The notes: a model not told the origin generated them from the letters alone. A stretch of 64,000 nt of DNA from Felis catus (GCF_018350175.1 NC_058368.1:120778001-120842000); one strand, 5' to 3'; numbered from the stretch's first letter, positions 12,113 to 25,966 are shown. Translations and numbers: made by a program.

Positions 12113-12654
12113 AGGGTGAGTGGTCTTTTTTAATGTATCCTTGGATTCAGTTTGCTGGTATTTTTTTTTTTTTTTTAGGAATTTTGCATCTGTGTTTACC
12201 ATGCATATCAGCTTGTAGTTGTCTTTTGTGTGTGTGTGTGCATGGTATCTTTTTCTAGTTTGGGTGTCAGGGTAATCCTGGCCTCACGGAATGAATTTGG
12301 AAGTTATCCTTCCTTTTCTATTTTTTGGATTTTTTTTAGAAGATTGGGTGTTAATTCTTCTTTCACTGTTTGGTAGAATTTTCCTATAAAGCCATCTGGT
12401 CCTGGACTTTGGTTTGTTGGAAGGTAATTACTGATTCAATTTTTTTGCTGGTTATCAGTCTCTTCACATTTTCAATTTCATCCTGTTTCAGTGTTGGCAG
12501 TTTATATGTTTGTAGGAATTTATCCATTTCTTCTAGTTTGTTCAGTTTTTTGGCATATAGTTTTTCATAATATTCTCTTATAATTGTTTGTATTTCAGTG
12601 GTGATATTTCTCCTCTCTCATTTGGGATCTTATTTATTTGAATTTTTTCTCTTT

Positions 12655-12865
12655 TTTTCTTTTTTAAAAGTGTTAATTTTAATTCCCATTAGTTAACATA
12701 CGTGTTATATTAGTTTCATATGTACAATATTGCAATTCAACACTTCGATACATCACCCAGTGCTCATCACACCAAGTGAACACCTTAAACCCCATCACCC
12801 ATTAAACCCTTCACACTACTCACCTCCCCATTAATAAATGGGAGTTCTCTATAATAAAAAAGTTG
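12655..12865 (-). mobile_element. Short 5'-truncated L1 3'-end insertion inside older L1
   Basis: attagttaacatac...catcacccagtgctcatcacacc carnivore L1 3' terminus; host ORF2 resumes at ttcttgataagtctggct. Confidence 0.65.
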
Positions 12866-13301
12866 TTTTTTCTTGATAAGTCTGGCTACAAATTATCAAT
12901 TTTATTGAGTTTTTTACAAAGAACCAGCTCCTAGTTTCACTGATCAGTTTTATTATTGTTGTTTTTCTTTTTAGTTTCTATATCATTTATTTCTGCTCTT
13001 ACTTTATTATTTCTGTCCATCTTTCTTCCTTAGGTTTTGTTTGTTGTTCTCTTTCTAGGTCCTTTAGGTATAAGTTTAGGATGTTTATTTGAAATTTTTG
13101 TTGATTCTTGAGGTAGACCTGTGTTGCTATAAATGTTCCTTTTAGAATAGCTTTTGCTTCATCCCAAAGGTTTTGGACCATTGTGTTTTCATTTGCATTT
13201 GTTTCCATGTACATTTTTATTTCAACTTTTATTTCATGGTTGAACCATTCATTATTTAGCAGCATGTTGTTTAATCTCAACGTATTTGTGGTCTTTCCAG
13301 A

Positions 13302-16300
13302 TTTTTTCTTTTTTTTTAACATGAAATTTATTGTCAAATTGGTTTCCATACAACACCCAGTGCTCATCCCAAAAGGTGCCTTCCTCAATTCCCATCACCC
13401 AATTTCCCCTCCCTACCACCCCCATCAACCCTCAGTTTGTTCTCAGTTTTTAACAGTCTCTTATGGTTTGCCTCCCTTCCTCTCTAACTTTTTTCCCCTT
13501 CCCCTCCCCCATGGTTTTCTAAGTTTCTCAGGATCTACATAAGAGTAAAAACATATGGTATGTGTCTTACTCTGTATGACTTATTTCATTTAGCATAACA
13601 CTCTCCAGTTCTATTCACGTTTCTACAAAAGGCCATATTTCATTCTTTCTCATTGCCAAGTAGTATTCCCTTGTATATATAGCCCACAACTTCTTTATCC
13701 ATTCATCAGTTGATGGACATTTAGGCTCTTTCCATAATTTGGCTATTGTTGACAGTGCTATAAACATTGGGATACAAGTGTCCCTATGCATCAGCACTTC
13801 TGTATCCCTTGGGTAAATTCCTAGCAGTGCTACTGCTGGGTCATAGGGTAGGTCTATTTTTAATTTTTTGAGGAACCTCCACACTGTTTTCCAGAGCAGC
13901 TGCACCAGTTTGCATTCCCACCAACAGTGCAAGAGGGTTCCCATTTCCCCACACCCTCTCCAACATCTATAGTCTCCTGATTTGTTCATTTTAGCCACTC
14001 TGACTGGCGTGAGGTGATACCTCAGTGTGGTTTTGATTTGTATTTCCCTGATGAGGAGTGACGTTGAGCATCTTTTCATGTACCTGTTGACCATCTGGAT
14101 GTCTTCTTGAGAGAAATGTCTATTCATTTTCTGCCCACTTCTTCACTGGATTATTTGTTTTCCATGTGTGGATTTTGGTGAGTTCTTTATAGATTTTGGA
14201 TACTAGCCCTTTGTCCAATATGTCATTTGCAAATATCTTTTCCCATTCAGTCAGTTTCCTTTTAGTTTTGTTGATTGTTTCCTTTGATGTGCAGAAGCTT
14301 TTTATCTTGATGAGGTCCCAATAGTTCATTTTTGCTTTTAATTCCCTTGCCTTTGGAGATGTGTCAAATAAGAAATTGCTGCAGCTGAGGTCAGAGAGTT
14401 TTTTTCCTGATTTCTCCTCTAGGGTTTTGATGGTTCCTGTCTCACATTGAGGTCCTTTATCCATTTTGAGTGTATTTTTGTGAATGGTGTAAGAAAGTGG
14501 TCTAGTTTCATTCTTCTGCATGTTACTGTCCAGTTCTACCAGCACCATTTTGTTAAAGAGACTGTCTCTTTTCCAGTGGATATTCTTTCCTGCTTTGTCA
14601 AAGATTAGCTGGCCATATTTTAGTGGGTCCAATTCTGGAGTCTCTATTCTATTCCATTGGTCTATGTGTCTGTTTTTGTGCTAATACCATTCTGTCTTGA
14701 TGATTACAGCTTTGTAGTAGAGGCTAAAGTCTGGGATTGTGATGTCTGCCACTTTGGTCTTCTTCAATATTACTTTGGCTATTCGGGGTCTTTTGTGGTT
14801 CCATATGAATTTTAGGATTGCTTGTTCTAGCTTCAAGAAGAATGCTGGTGCAATTTTGATTGGGATTGCATTGAATGTGTAGATAGCTTTGGGTAGTATT
14901 GACATTTTAGCAATATTTATTCTTCCAATCCATGAGCATGGAATGTCTTTCCCTTTCTTTATATCTTCTTCAGTTTTCTTCCTAAGCTTTCTATACTTTT
15001 CAGCATACAGATCTTTTAGATCTTTGCTTAGGTTTATTCCTAGGTATTTTATGCTTCTTGGTGCAGTTGTGAAGGGGATCAGTTTCTTTATTTGTCTTTC
15101 TGTTGCTTCATTATTAGTGTATAAGAATGCAACTGATTTCTGTACATTGATTTTGTATCCTGTGACTTTTCTGAATTCATGTATCAGTTCAGCAGACTTT
15201 TGGTGGAGTCTGTTGGGTTTTCCATGTACAATATCATGTCATCTACAAAAAGTGAAAGCTTGACTTCATCTATTTCAATTTCAATGCCGTGGATTTCCTT
15301 TTGTTGTTTGATTGCTGATGCTAGCACTTCCAACACTATGTTAAACAACAGCGGTGAGAGTGGACATCCCTGTCGTGTTCCTGATCACAGGGGGAAAGAT
15401 CTCAGTTTTTCCCCATTGAGGATGATATTAGCTATGGGCTTTTCATAAATGGCTTTTGTGACATTTAGGTATGTTCCTTCTATGTCGACTTTCTTGAGGG
15501 TTTTTCTTAAGAAAGATGCTGAATTTTGTCAAATGCTTTTTCTGCATCGATTGACAGGATCATATGGTTCTTATCTTTTCTTTTATTAGTGTGATGTATC
15601 ACATTGTTTGTTTTGCGAATATTGAACCAGCCCTGCATCCCAGGAATGAATCCCACTTGATCATGGTGAACAATTCTTTTTATATGCTGTTGAATTCGAT
15701 TTGCTAGTATCTTGTTGACAATTTTTGCATCCATATTCATCAGGGATATTGGCCTGTAGTTCTCTTTTTTTGTTGGGTCTCTGTCTGGTTTGAGAATCAA
15801 AGTAATGCTGGCTTCATAGAATGAGTCTTGAAGTTTTTCTTCCCTTTCTATTTTCTGGAACAGCTTGAGAAGGATAGGTATTATCTCTGCTTTAAACGTC
15901 TGTTAGAATTCCCCAGGGAAGCCATCTGGTCCTGGACTCTTATTTGTTGGGAGATTTTTGATAACCGACTCAATTTCTTTGCTGGTTATGGTCTATTCAA
16001 GTTTTCTATCTTCCTGTTTGAGTTTTGGAAGTGTGTGGGTGCTTAGGAATTTGTCTATTTCTTCCAGGTTGTCCAGTTTGTTGGCATATAATTTTTCATA
16101 GTATTCCCTGATAATTGCTTGTATTTCTGAGGGATTGGTTGTAATAATTTCATTCAAGATTTTATCTATTTGGTTCATCTCTCTTTTCTTTTTGAGAATC
16201 CTGGCTAGAGGCTTATCAATTTTGTTTATTTTTTCAAAAAACCAACTCTTGGTTTCATTGATCTGCTCTACGGTTTTTTTAGATTCTATATTGTTTATTT

Positions 16301-17097
16301 CTGCTCTGATCTTTATTATTTCTGTTCTTCTGCTGGGTTTGGGGTGTCTTTGCTGCTCTGCTTCTATTTCCTTTAGATGTGTTGTTAGATTTTGTATTTG
16401 GGATTTTTCTTGTTTCTTGAGATAGGCCTGAATTGCAATGTATTTTCCTCTCAGGACTACCTTTGCTGCATCCCAAAGCATTTAGATTGTTGTATTTTCA
16501 TTTTCATTTGTTTCCATATATTTTTAAATTTCTTCTCTAATTTTGATTGACCCATTCATTCTTTAGTAGGGTATTCTTTAACCTCCATGCTTTTGGAGGT
16601 TTTCCAGAATTTTTCCTGTGGTTGATTTCAAGTTTCATAGCATTGTGGTCTGAAAGTGTGCATGGTGTGATCTCAATTCTTGTATACTTATTAAGGGCTG
16701 TTTTGTGACCCAGTATGTGATCTGTCTTGGAGAAGTTTCCATGTGCACTCGAGAAGAAACTATATTCTGTTGCTTTGGGATGCAGACTTGTAAATATATA
16801 TTTCAACTCTATCTGATCCAATGTATCATTCAGGGCTTTTGTTTCTTTATTGATCCTGTGTCTAGATGATCTATCCATTGTTGTAAGTGGGGTATTAAAG
16901 TCCCCTGCAATTACCATATTCTTATCAATAAGGTCGTTTATGTTTGTGATTGTTTTATATATTTGGGGGCTCCCATATTCTGTGCATAGACATTTATAAT
17001 TGTTAGCTCTTCCTGATGGATAGACCCTGTAATTATTATACAATTCCCTTCTTCGTCTCTTGTTACAGCCTTTAATTTAAAGTCTAGTTTGTTTGAT
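13302..17097 (-). mobile_element. Young felid L1, 5'-truncated in the endonuclease region, ORF2 frameshifted
   Basis: Poly(T) 13302-13317, 3'UTR and ORF2 fragments in several frames; close sibling of 21868-27783; no TSD found. Confidence 0.92.
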
Positions 17098-17848
17098 CCT
17101 TTCCACTCTGGGGAAGGGGGCCGCCTGGCTGAGACTGAGGCAAGCATCAGTGGGAGGGGTGGTTCCACTGGAAATGGGGTGGGGCACGGAGCTTGGTGAA
17201 AGCAACTTAGGTAGCCAGTGACTACTCTGTGCCGGTTCCCATGGGTGGCCCTGTGCTTATGCCAACGAGTGGGGGAGGGAAATGGTGAATGCCAGTTCCT
17301 TTGTTCCCATAGGGGTCTCTCCATCAATGGTGACTCTCTGGGATGTGCTCTGAGATAATGGAATAACCTCCCCCTGTGTGACCCAAGCACTCTTCAGATT
17401 GCTCTTTCCACACTGTGTGTCCATAGGCTGCATGCCTGCCTTCTAACCTAGAGCAGCACAGTGCCCTCTGGGCTCTATCCCGGTCAAGCATGCTGACTTT
17501 TAGAACTCTAGACTTTAAGCCCTATTGGTTGCAATAACTAACAAAATTAGGTTCTTCTTGCTTTCCAAGCCTATTGCTATGAGGATTCATTTTCCCCCAG
17601 GCTCCTCTGTGTGCTCATCCCTTCTCTGAGACTTCAGCTCTGTCCCCATGGCAGCGGCCATGATTCCTTTCTCTCCCAAATTACATCTCTGCACTATGTG
17701 GCCTCTTCTCTCCCTTGAGTTGTAGTTTATCCTGTCAGTCTTCAGGTTGATTTCTGGGTATTTAGAGTGATTTGATAGTTATCTAGTTGTATTTGTGGGA
17801 TAAGTTGAGCCTGGACTCCTCGTACTCTGCTGCTATCTTCCACCCTCC
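17098..17848 (-). mobile_element. Older L1 5'UTR (promoter) fragment
   Basis: Ends in an L1-type start (rev-comp ggagggtggaagatagcagcag); local homology to the young 5'UTR (gggaaatggtg...cctttgttccc vs gagatggtg...cctttgttccc). Confidence 0.7.
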
Positions 17849-20800
17849 AATCAAGTATGTGTATTTTCAATTTCACTAGACAATGTCAATTTATTTTCCA
17901 AAGGTTTTCACATGGTTTACGATAGTTTATGACAATTTCCATTGTTTCTTGTTATATCAATATCTGTAATTATTGTACTATTTAATTTCAGTCAATCTAG
18001 TGGGTGTGTATTATAATCTCATTGTGGGTTCAGCTTGAATTTCTCCATTACTAATGCATTTTCATATATTTACAGCTTTCCCAGATAATACTAGGATTTT
18101 TTTTAATGCTTAGTGGCCATTTTCATTTCTTGTATTGCAAGTTGTCTGTACAGATATTTTACCCTTTGAAAAAAAAAAGTGACTTGTCTGTCTTTACTGA
18201 TTTATGGAATTTCTTTGTATATTATAAATATGATTCCTTTGTCACTTATACATGTTACACCTGTGTTCTATTTGGTAGTTTGCCAATTTTGTTTTGGATA
18301 AAATAAATTTAATTTAAATATTTTCAAATTAGCCAATTATGCCCTTTGGGATTAAAGAAATCTTTCACTAAACTAGGTCATGAATATATTTACTCAAATT
18401 ATCTTATTTTCAAAAAATAATACTTTTCATATTTAGGTTTATAATCCACCTGGAATTAATTTTTTTATATTGTATGAAGTTGAGATCAAGTTAAAGCAGG
18501 TTTTCCATGTGGATATTCAGTTGTCCTATTATTATTTAGTAAAAAGCCTATTTTTCCTACTGGTCTGCAATGCCAGTTTTGTCTTATACTGTTGTTTATA
18601 TACGGGTTCTTTCTTTATGGGCTGTTCCATTGATGTATTTCTCTGATTGCATCAATATCGACACCTCCTTAATTACTGTAGCTTTTTCATAAGTCTTGAT
18701 TTCTTGTAGAGAAATTTCTACCATACTTCATTATTCTCCAAGTATGTTTTAAGTATTTTGGGCCTTTTGCAATTACATATAAATTTTAGGATTAGCATGT
18801 CAATTATAATCAAATGTGCAAAAATATCTGGGATGTTGGTATAAATAGTTTTGAAATTATAGATTAATTTGTGGAAAAATAATTTTAAAAAGTTGTGGTT
18901 TCCTGGATGTAGTAAAAGTATATATCCTTAGATTAAACCAAATATCTTTAATACAGTTATATTTGCATACAGTATATTTGTGTAGAGTGATGGCATTCGT
19001 TTTCTTAGATTTCTCCTAGGTTTTGGTAGTTTTGAAGCTGATATAAATGGTATCTTTAATTTTTTTTCCAATCATAAATGATACCTTATTTTTGTTTTTA
19101 TTTTATTTTATTTATTTTTTAAATTTACATCCAAGTTAGTTAGCATATAGTGCAACAATGATTTCAGGAGTAGATTCCTTAGTGCCCCTTACCCATTTAG
19201 CCCAACCCCCCTCCCACGACGCCTCCAGTAACCCTCTGTTTGTTCTCCATATTTAAGAGTCTCTTATGTTTTTGTCCCCCTCCCTGTTTTTATATTATTT
19301 TTGCTTCCTTTCCCTTATGTTCATCTGTTTTGTATCTTGAAGTGCTCATATGAGTGAAGTCATATGATATTTGTGTTTCTCTGACTGATTAATTTTGCTT
19401 AACATAATACCCTCTAGTTCCATCTATGTATTTGCAAATGGCAAGATTTCATTCTTTCTGATTGCCACTACTCCATTGCATATATATACATCTTCTTTTT
19501 TTTATTGTTGGATCTGATTGGCTAATATCTTGTTGAGGATTTTTTATCCATGTTCATCAAGGAAATTGGTCTATAGTTGTTCTTTTCAGTGGGGTCTTTG
19601 TCTGGTTTTGGAATCAAGGTAATGCTGGCTTCATATAATGAGTTTGGGAGTTTTCCTTCCATTTCCATTTTTTGAAACAGATTCCAAAGAATAGGTGTCA
19701 ACTCTTCCTTAAATGTTTGGTAGAATTCCTCTGGGAAGCCATCCAACCCTGGACTGTTGTTTGTTGGGAGAGTTTTGATTACTAATTTGATTTCTTCACT
19801 GGTTATGGGTCTGACCAAATTTTCTATTTCTTCTTGTTTCGGTTTTGGTAGTTTATATGTTTCTAGGAATTTGTCCATTTCTTCCAGATTGCCCAATTTA
19901 TTGATGTATAATTGCTCATAATATTCTCTTATTATTGTTTATATTTCTGCAGTGTTGGTTGTGATATCTCCTCTTTCATTCTTGATTTTATTTATTTGGG
20001 TCCTTTCCTTTTTCTTTTTGATCAAACTGGCTAGGGATTTATCAACTACATTAATTCTTTCAAAGAATGTGCTCCTGGTTTCATTGATTTGTTCTACTGT
20101 TTTCGTTTGTTTGTTTGTTTGTTTGTTTCCATAGCATTGATTTCTGCTCTATTCTTTATTATTTCCTGTCTCTGCTGTTTGGGGGTTTTATTTGCTGTTC
20201 TTTTTCCAGCTCTTTAAGGTGTAAGGTTAAGTTGTGTATCTGAGGCCTTTCTTCCTTCTTTAGGAAGGCCTGGATTGCTCTATACTTTCCTCTTATGACT
20301 CCCTTTGGTGCGTCCCAGAGATTTGGGGATGTGGTGTTATTATTTTCACAGGCTTCCATGTACTTATTAATTTTCTCTTTAACTTCTTGGTTAGTCCATT
20401 CATTCTTTAGTAGGATGTTCTTTAGTTTCCAAATATTTGTTATCTTTCCAAATTTTTCCTGTGGTTGATTTCGAGTTCACAGCACTGTGGTCTGAAAATA
20501 TGCATGGTATGATCTCCATCTTTTTGTATTTGTTGAGAGATTATTTGTGTCCCAGTATGTGATCTATTCTGGAGAACATTCCATGTTCACTGGAGAAGAA
20601 TGTGTATTATGCTGCTTTAGGATGAAATGTTCTGAATATATCTGTTAAGTCCATCTGGGTCAGTGTGTCATTCAAAGCCATTGTTTCCTTCTTGATTTTC
20701 TGTTTAGATGATTGGTCCATAGCTGTAAGTGGGATGTTGAAGTCCCCTAATATTATGGTATTATTATCAATAAGTTTCTGTATGTTTGTGATTGATTTAT

Positions 20801-22090
20801 ATATTTTGGTACTATCACATTTGGAGCATAAATGTTTACAGTTTTTAGGTCTTCTTGATGGAAAGACCCCTTAATTATGATATAATGCCCTTCTTCATCT
20901 CTTGGTACAGTCTTTATTTTGAAGTCTAGATGGTCTGATATAAGTATGGCTTCTCTGGCTTTCTTTTGTCGATAGCATGATAGATGGTTCTCCATCTCCT
21001 TACTTTCGATCTGAAGGTGTCTTTAGTCTAAAAGTGGGTCTGTTGAAAACAAGATTAATCTTGTTTTCTTATCCATTCTGTTACCCATGTCTTTTGACTG
21101 AAGCATTTAGTCCATTGAAGTTTAGAGTGAGTACTGAAAGGTAGGAGTTTATTGCCATTATGTTTCTTGTAGAGTTCGAGTTTCTGGTGGTGGTCTCTGG
21201 TCCTTTCTAGTCTTTGTTGATTTTGGTCTTTTTTTTTTTTCCATCTTTTCTTCCCTCAGAGTATCCCCCTTAATATTTCTTGCAGGGTTGGTTTAATGGT
21301 CACCAACTCCTTTAGTTTTTGGTTGTCTGGGAAACTTGTAATCTCTCCTGTTATGAATGACAGCCTTGCTGGATAAAGAATTCTTGGCTGTATAGTTTTC
21401 CAATTCAGCACATTGAGTATATCCTGCCACTCCACTCTGGCCTCCGTTTTGGCCACTCCTGGTTTCTGTGGATAGGTCTGGTGCAAACCTGATCTGTCTT
21501 CCCTTGTAAGTTAAGGACTTTTTTCCCTTGCTGCTTTCATGATTCTTTCATTGCATGAGTATTTTGTGAATTTGACTATGATATGCCTTGTTGATAGTCG
21601 GTTTTTGTTGAATCTAATGGGAGTCCTCTGTGCTTCCTGGATTTTGATGTCTGTGTCTTTCCCCAGGTTAGGAAAATTTTCTGCTATGATTTGCTCACAC
21701 AACCCTTCTTCCCCTTTTTCTCTCTCTTCATCTTCTGGGACCCCTATGATTCTGATGTTGTTCCTTTAAAATGAGTCACTAATTTCTCTAATTCTTAAAT
21801 CATGCTCCTTTGCCTTAGTCTCCCTCTTTTTTTCTACTTCATTATTCTCTATAGTTTTGTCCTTTATTTTTTTATATGAAATTTATTGACAAATTGGTTT
21901 CCATACATACCCAGTGCTCATCCCAAAAGGTGCCCTCCTCAATACCCATCACCCACCCTCTCCTCCCTCCCACCCCCCATCAACCCTCAGTTTGTTCTCA
22001 GTTTTTAACAGTCTCTTATGCTTTGGCTCTCTCCCACTCTAACCTCTTTTTTTTTCCCTTTCCCTCCCCCATGGGTTCCTGTTAAGTTTC

Positions 22091-25000
22091 TCAGGATCCA
22101 CATAAGAGTAAAAACATATGGTATCTGTCTTTCTCTGTATGGCTTATTTCACTTAGCATCACACTTTCCAGTTCCATCCATGTTGCTACAAAAGGCCCTA
22201 TTTCATTTTTTCTCATTGCCACGTAGAATTCCATTGTGTATATAAACCACAATTTCTTTATCCATTCATCAGTTGATGGACATTTAGGCTCTTTCCATAA
22301 TTTGGCTATTGTTGAGAGTGCTGCTATGAACATTGGGGTACAAGTGGCCCTATGCATCAGTACTCCTGTATCCCTTGGATAAATTCCTAGCAGTGCTATT
22401 GCTGGGTCATAGGGTAGGTCTATTTTTAATTTTCTGAGGAACCTCCACACTGCTTTCCAGAGCGGCTGCACCAATTTGCATTCCCACCAACAGTGCAAGA
22501 GGGTTCCCGTTTCTCCACATCCTCTCCAGCATCTCTAGTCTCCTGATTTGTTCATTTTGGCCACTCTGACTGGCGTGAGGTGATACCTGAGTGTGGTTTT
22601 GATTTGTATTTCCCTGATAAGGAGCGACGCTGAACATCTTTTCATGTGCCTGTTGGCCATCTGGATGTCTTCTTTAGAGAAGTGTCTATTCATGTTTTCT
22701 GCCCATTTCTTCACTGGGTTATTTGTTTTTCGGGTGTGGAGTTTGGTGAGCTCTTTATAGATTTTGGATACTAGCCCTTTGTCCAATATGTCATTTGCGA
22801 ATATCTTTTCCCATTCCGTTGGTTGCCTTTTCATTTTGTTGGTTGTTTCCTTTGCTGTGCAGAAGCTTTTTATCTTCATAAGGTCCCAGTAATTCACTTT
22901 TGCTTTTAATTCCCTTACCTTTGGGGATGTGTCGAGTAAGAGATTGCTAGGGCTGAGGTCAGAGAGGTCTTTTCCTGCTTTCTCCTCTAAGGTTTTGATG
23001 GTTTCCTGTCTCACATTTAGGTCCTTTATCCATTTTGAGTTTATTTTTGTGAATGGTGTGAGAAAGTGGTCTAGTTTCAACCTTCTGCATGTTGCTGTCC
23101 AGTTCTCCCAGCACCATTTGTTAAAGAGGCTGTCTTTTTTCCATTGGATGTTCTTTCCTGCTTTGTCAAAGATGAGTTGGCCATACATTTGTGGGTCTAG
23201 TTCTGGAGTTTCTATTCTATTCCATTGGTCTATGTGTCTGTTTTTGTGCCAATACCATGCTGTCTTGATGATGACAGCTTTGTAGTAGAGGCTAAAGTCT
23301 GGGATTGTGATGCCTCCTGCTTTGGTCTTCTTCTTCAAAATTCCTTTGGCTATTCGGGGCCTTTTGTGGTTCCATATGAATTTTAGGATTGCTTGTCCTA
23401 GTTTCGAGAAGAATGCTGGTGCAATTTTGATTGGGATTGCATTGAATGTGTAGATAGCTTTGGGTAGTATTGACATTTTGACAATGTTTATTTTTCCAAT
23501 CCATGAGCAGGGAATGTCTTTCCATTTCTTTAAATCTTCTTCAATTTCCTTCATAAGCTTTCTATAGTTTTCAGCATACAGATCCTTTACATCTTTGGTT
23601 AGATTTATTCCTAGGTATTTTATGCTTCTTGGTGCAATTGTGAATGGGATCAGTTCCTTTATTTGTCTTTCTGTTGCTTCATTGTTAGTGTATAAGAATG
23701 CAACTGATTTCTGTACATTGATTTTGTATCCTGCAACTTTGCTGAATTCCTGTATCGGTTCTAGCAGACTTTTGGTGGAGTCTATCGGATTTTCCATGTA
23801 TAATATCATGTCATCTGCAAAAAGCGAAAGCTTGACTTCATCTTTGCCAATTTGGATGCCTTTGATTTTCTTTTGTTGTCTGATTGCTGATGCTAGAACT
23901 TCCAGCACTATGTTAAACAGCAGCGGTGAGAGTGGGCATCCTTGTCGTGTTCCTGATCTCAGGGAAAAAGCTCTCAGTTTTTCCCCGTTGAGGATGATGT
24001 TAGCTGTGGGCTTTTCATAAATGGCTTTTATGATCTTTAAGTATGTTCCTTCTATCCCGACTTTCTCAAGGGTTTTTATTAAGAAAGGGTGCTGGATTTT
24101 GTCAAAGGCCTTTTCTGCATCGATTGACAGGATCATATGGTTCTTCTCTTTTTTGTTGTTAATGTGATGTATCACCTTGATTGATTTGCGAATGTTGAAC
24201 CAGCCCTGCATCCCAGGAATGAATCCCACTTGATCATGGTGAATAATTCTTTTTATATGCCGTTGAATTCGATTTGCTAGTATCTTGTTGAGAATTTTTG
24301 CATCCATATTCATCAGGGATATTGGCCTGTAGTTCTCTTTTTTTACTGGGTCTCTGTCTGGTTTAGGAATCCAAGTAATACTGGCTTCATAGAATGAGTC
24401 TGGAAGTTTTCCTTCCCTTTCTATTTCTTGGAATAGTTTGAGAAGGATAGGTATTATCTCTGCTTTAAACGTCTGATAGAACTCCCCTGGGAAGCCATCT
24501 GGTCCTGGACTCTTATTTGTTGGGAGATTTTTGATAACCGATTCAATTTCTTCGCTCGTTATGGGTCTGTTCAAGCTTTCTATTTCCTCCTGATTGAGTT
24601 TTGGAAGAGTGTGGGTGTTCAGGAATTTGTCCATTTCTTCCAGGTTGTCCAATTTGTTGGCATATAATTTTTCATAGTATTCCCTGATAATTGTTTGTAT
24701 CTCTGAGGGATTGGTTGTAATAATTCCATTTTCATTCATGATTTTATCTATTTGGGTCATCTCCCTTTTCTTTTTGAGAAGCCTGGCTAGAGGTTTGTCA
24801 ATTTTGTTTATTTTTTCAAAAAACCAACTCTTGGTTTCGTTGATCTGCTCTACAGTTTTTTTAGATTCTATATTGTTTATTTCTGCTCTGATCTTTATTA
24901 TTTCTCTTCTTCTGCTGGGTTTAGGCTGCCTTTGCTGCTCTGCTTCTAGTTCCTTTAGGTGTGGTGTTAGATTTTGTATTTGGGATTTTTCTTGTTTCTT

Positions 25001-25916
25001 GAGATAGGCCTGGATTGCAATGTATTTTCCTCTCAGGACTGCCTTCGCTGCGTCCCAAAGCGTTTGGATTGTTGTATTTTCATTTTCGTTTGTTTCCATA
25101 TATTTTTTAATTTCTTCTCTAATTGTCTGGTTGACCCACTCATTCGTTACTAGGGTGTTCTTTAACCTCCATGCTTTTGGAGGTTTTCCAGACTTTTTTC
25201 TGTGGTTGATTTCAAGCTTCCTAGCATTGTGGTCTGAAAGTATGCATGGTATAATTTCAATTCTTGTAAACTTATGAAGGGCTGTTTTGTGACCCAGTAT
25301 ATGATCTATCTTGGAGAATGTTCCATGTGCACTCGAGAAGAAAGTATATTCTGTTGCTTTGGGATGCAGAGTTCTAAATATATCTGTCAAGTCCATCTGG
25401 TCCAATGTCTCATTCAGGGCCCTTGTTTCTTTATTGACCATGTGTCTAGATGATCTATCCATTTCTGTAAGTGGGGTGTTAAAGTCCCCTGCAATTACCA
25501 CATTCTTATCAATAAGGTTGCTTATGTTTATGAGTAATTGTTTTATATATTTGGGGGCTCCGGTATTCGGCGCATAGACATTTATAATTGTTAGCTCTTC
25601 CTGATGGATAGACCCTGTAACTATTATATAATGTCCTTCTTCATCTCTTGTTAACAGCCTTTAATTTAAAGCCTAGTTTGTCTGCTATAAGTATGGCTAC
25701 TCCAGCTTTCTTTTGGCTTCCAGTCGCATGATAAATAGTTCTCCATCCCCTCACTCTCAATCTAAAGGTGTCCTCAGGTCTAAAATGAGTCTCTTGTAGA
25801 CAGCAAATAGATGGGTCTTGTTTTTTTATCCATTCTGATACCCTATGTCTTTTGGTTGACGCATTTAATCCATTTACATTCAGTGTTATTATAGAAAGAT
25901 ATGGGTTTAGAGTCCT
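22091..25916 (-). pseudogene. L1 ORF2 (APE endonuclease, reverse transcriptase, C-terminal Cys-rich domain), disrupted
   Basis: Motifs [37 protein letters not shown] and HCWWECK. Start codon is AGG (25914-25916), +1 frameshift near 25653, TAG at 22535-22537; 988-codon open stretch 22535-25501. Confidence 0.95.
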
Positions 25917-25966
25917 TGTGATGTCTGTATGTTTTATGCTTGTAGTGATGCCTCTGGTACTTTGTC

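Larger units (their letters stand above)
11128..13301 (-). mobile_element. Older carnivore L1, internal ORF2 segment (post-endonuclease through RT)
   Basis: ORF-track peptide NNEWFNHEIKVEIKMYMETNANENT; FADD codons near 11440-11460; no 3'UTR at its left end. Confidence 0.85.

Noticed and set aside
7108..13301. Twin-priming inversion joining the plus-strand and minus-strand L1 parts
   Set aside because: The pieces converge tail-to-tail, there is no outer poly(A) or TSD, and unrelated sequence lies between them.
13302..17848. Spliced L1 retrocopy (5'UTR spliced to ORF2)
   Set aside because: No TSD around the combined unit, the 5'UTR looks older than the ORF2 part, and the left host L1 does not resume after 17848. 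Not fully excluded without consensus alignment.
22535..25501. 988-aa ORF as an intact or novel reverse-transcriptase gene
   Set aside because: It is the middle of L1 ORF2. It begins at a GTG after a frameshift and ends at a premature TAG, lacking the N-terminal endonuclease half and the C-terminal domain.
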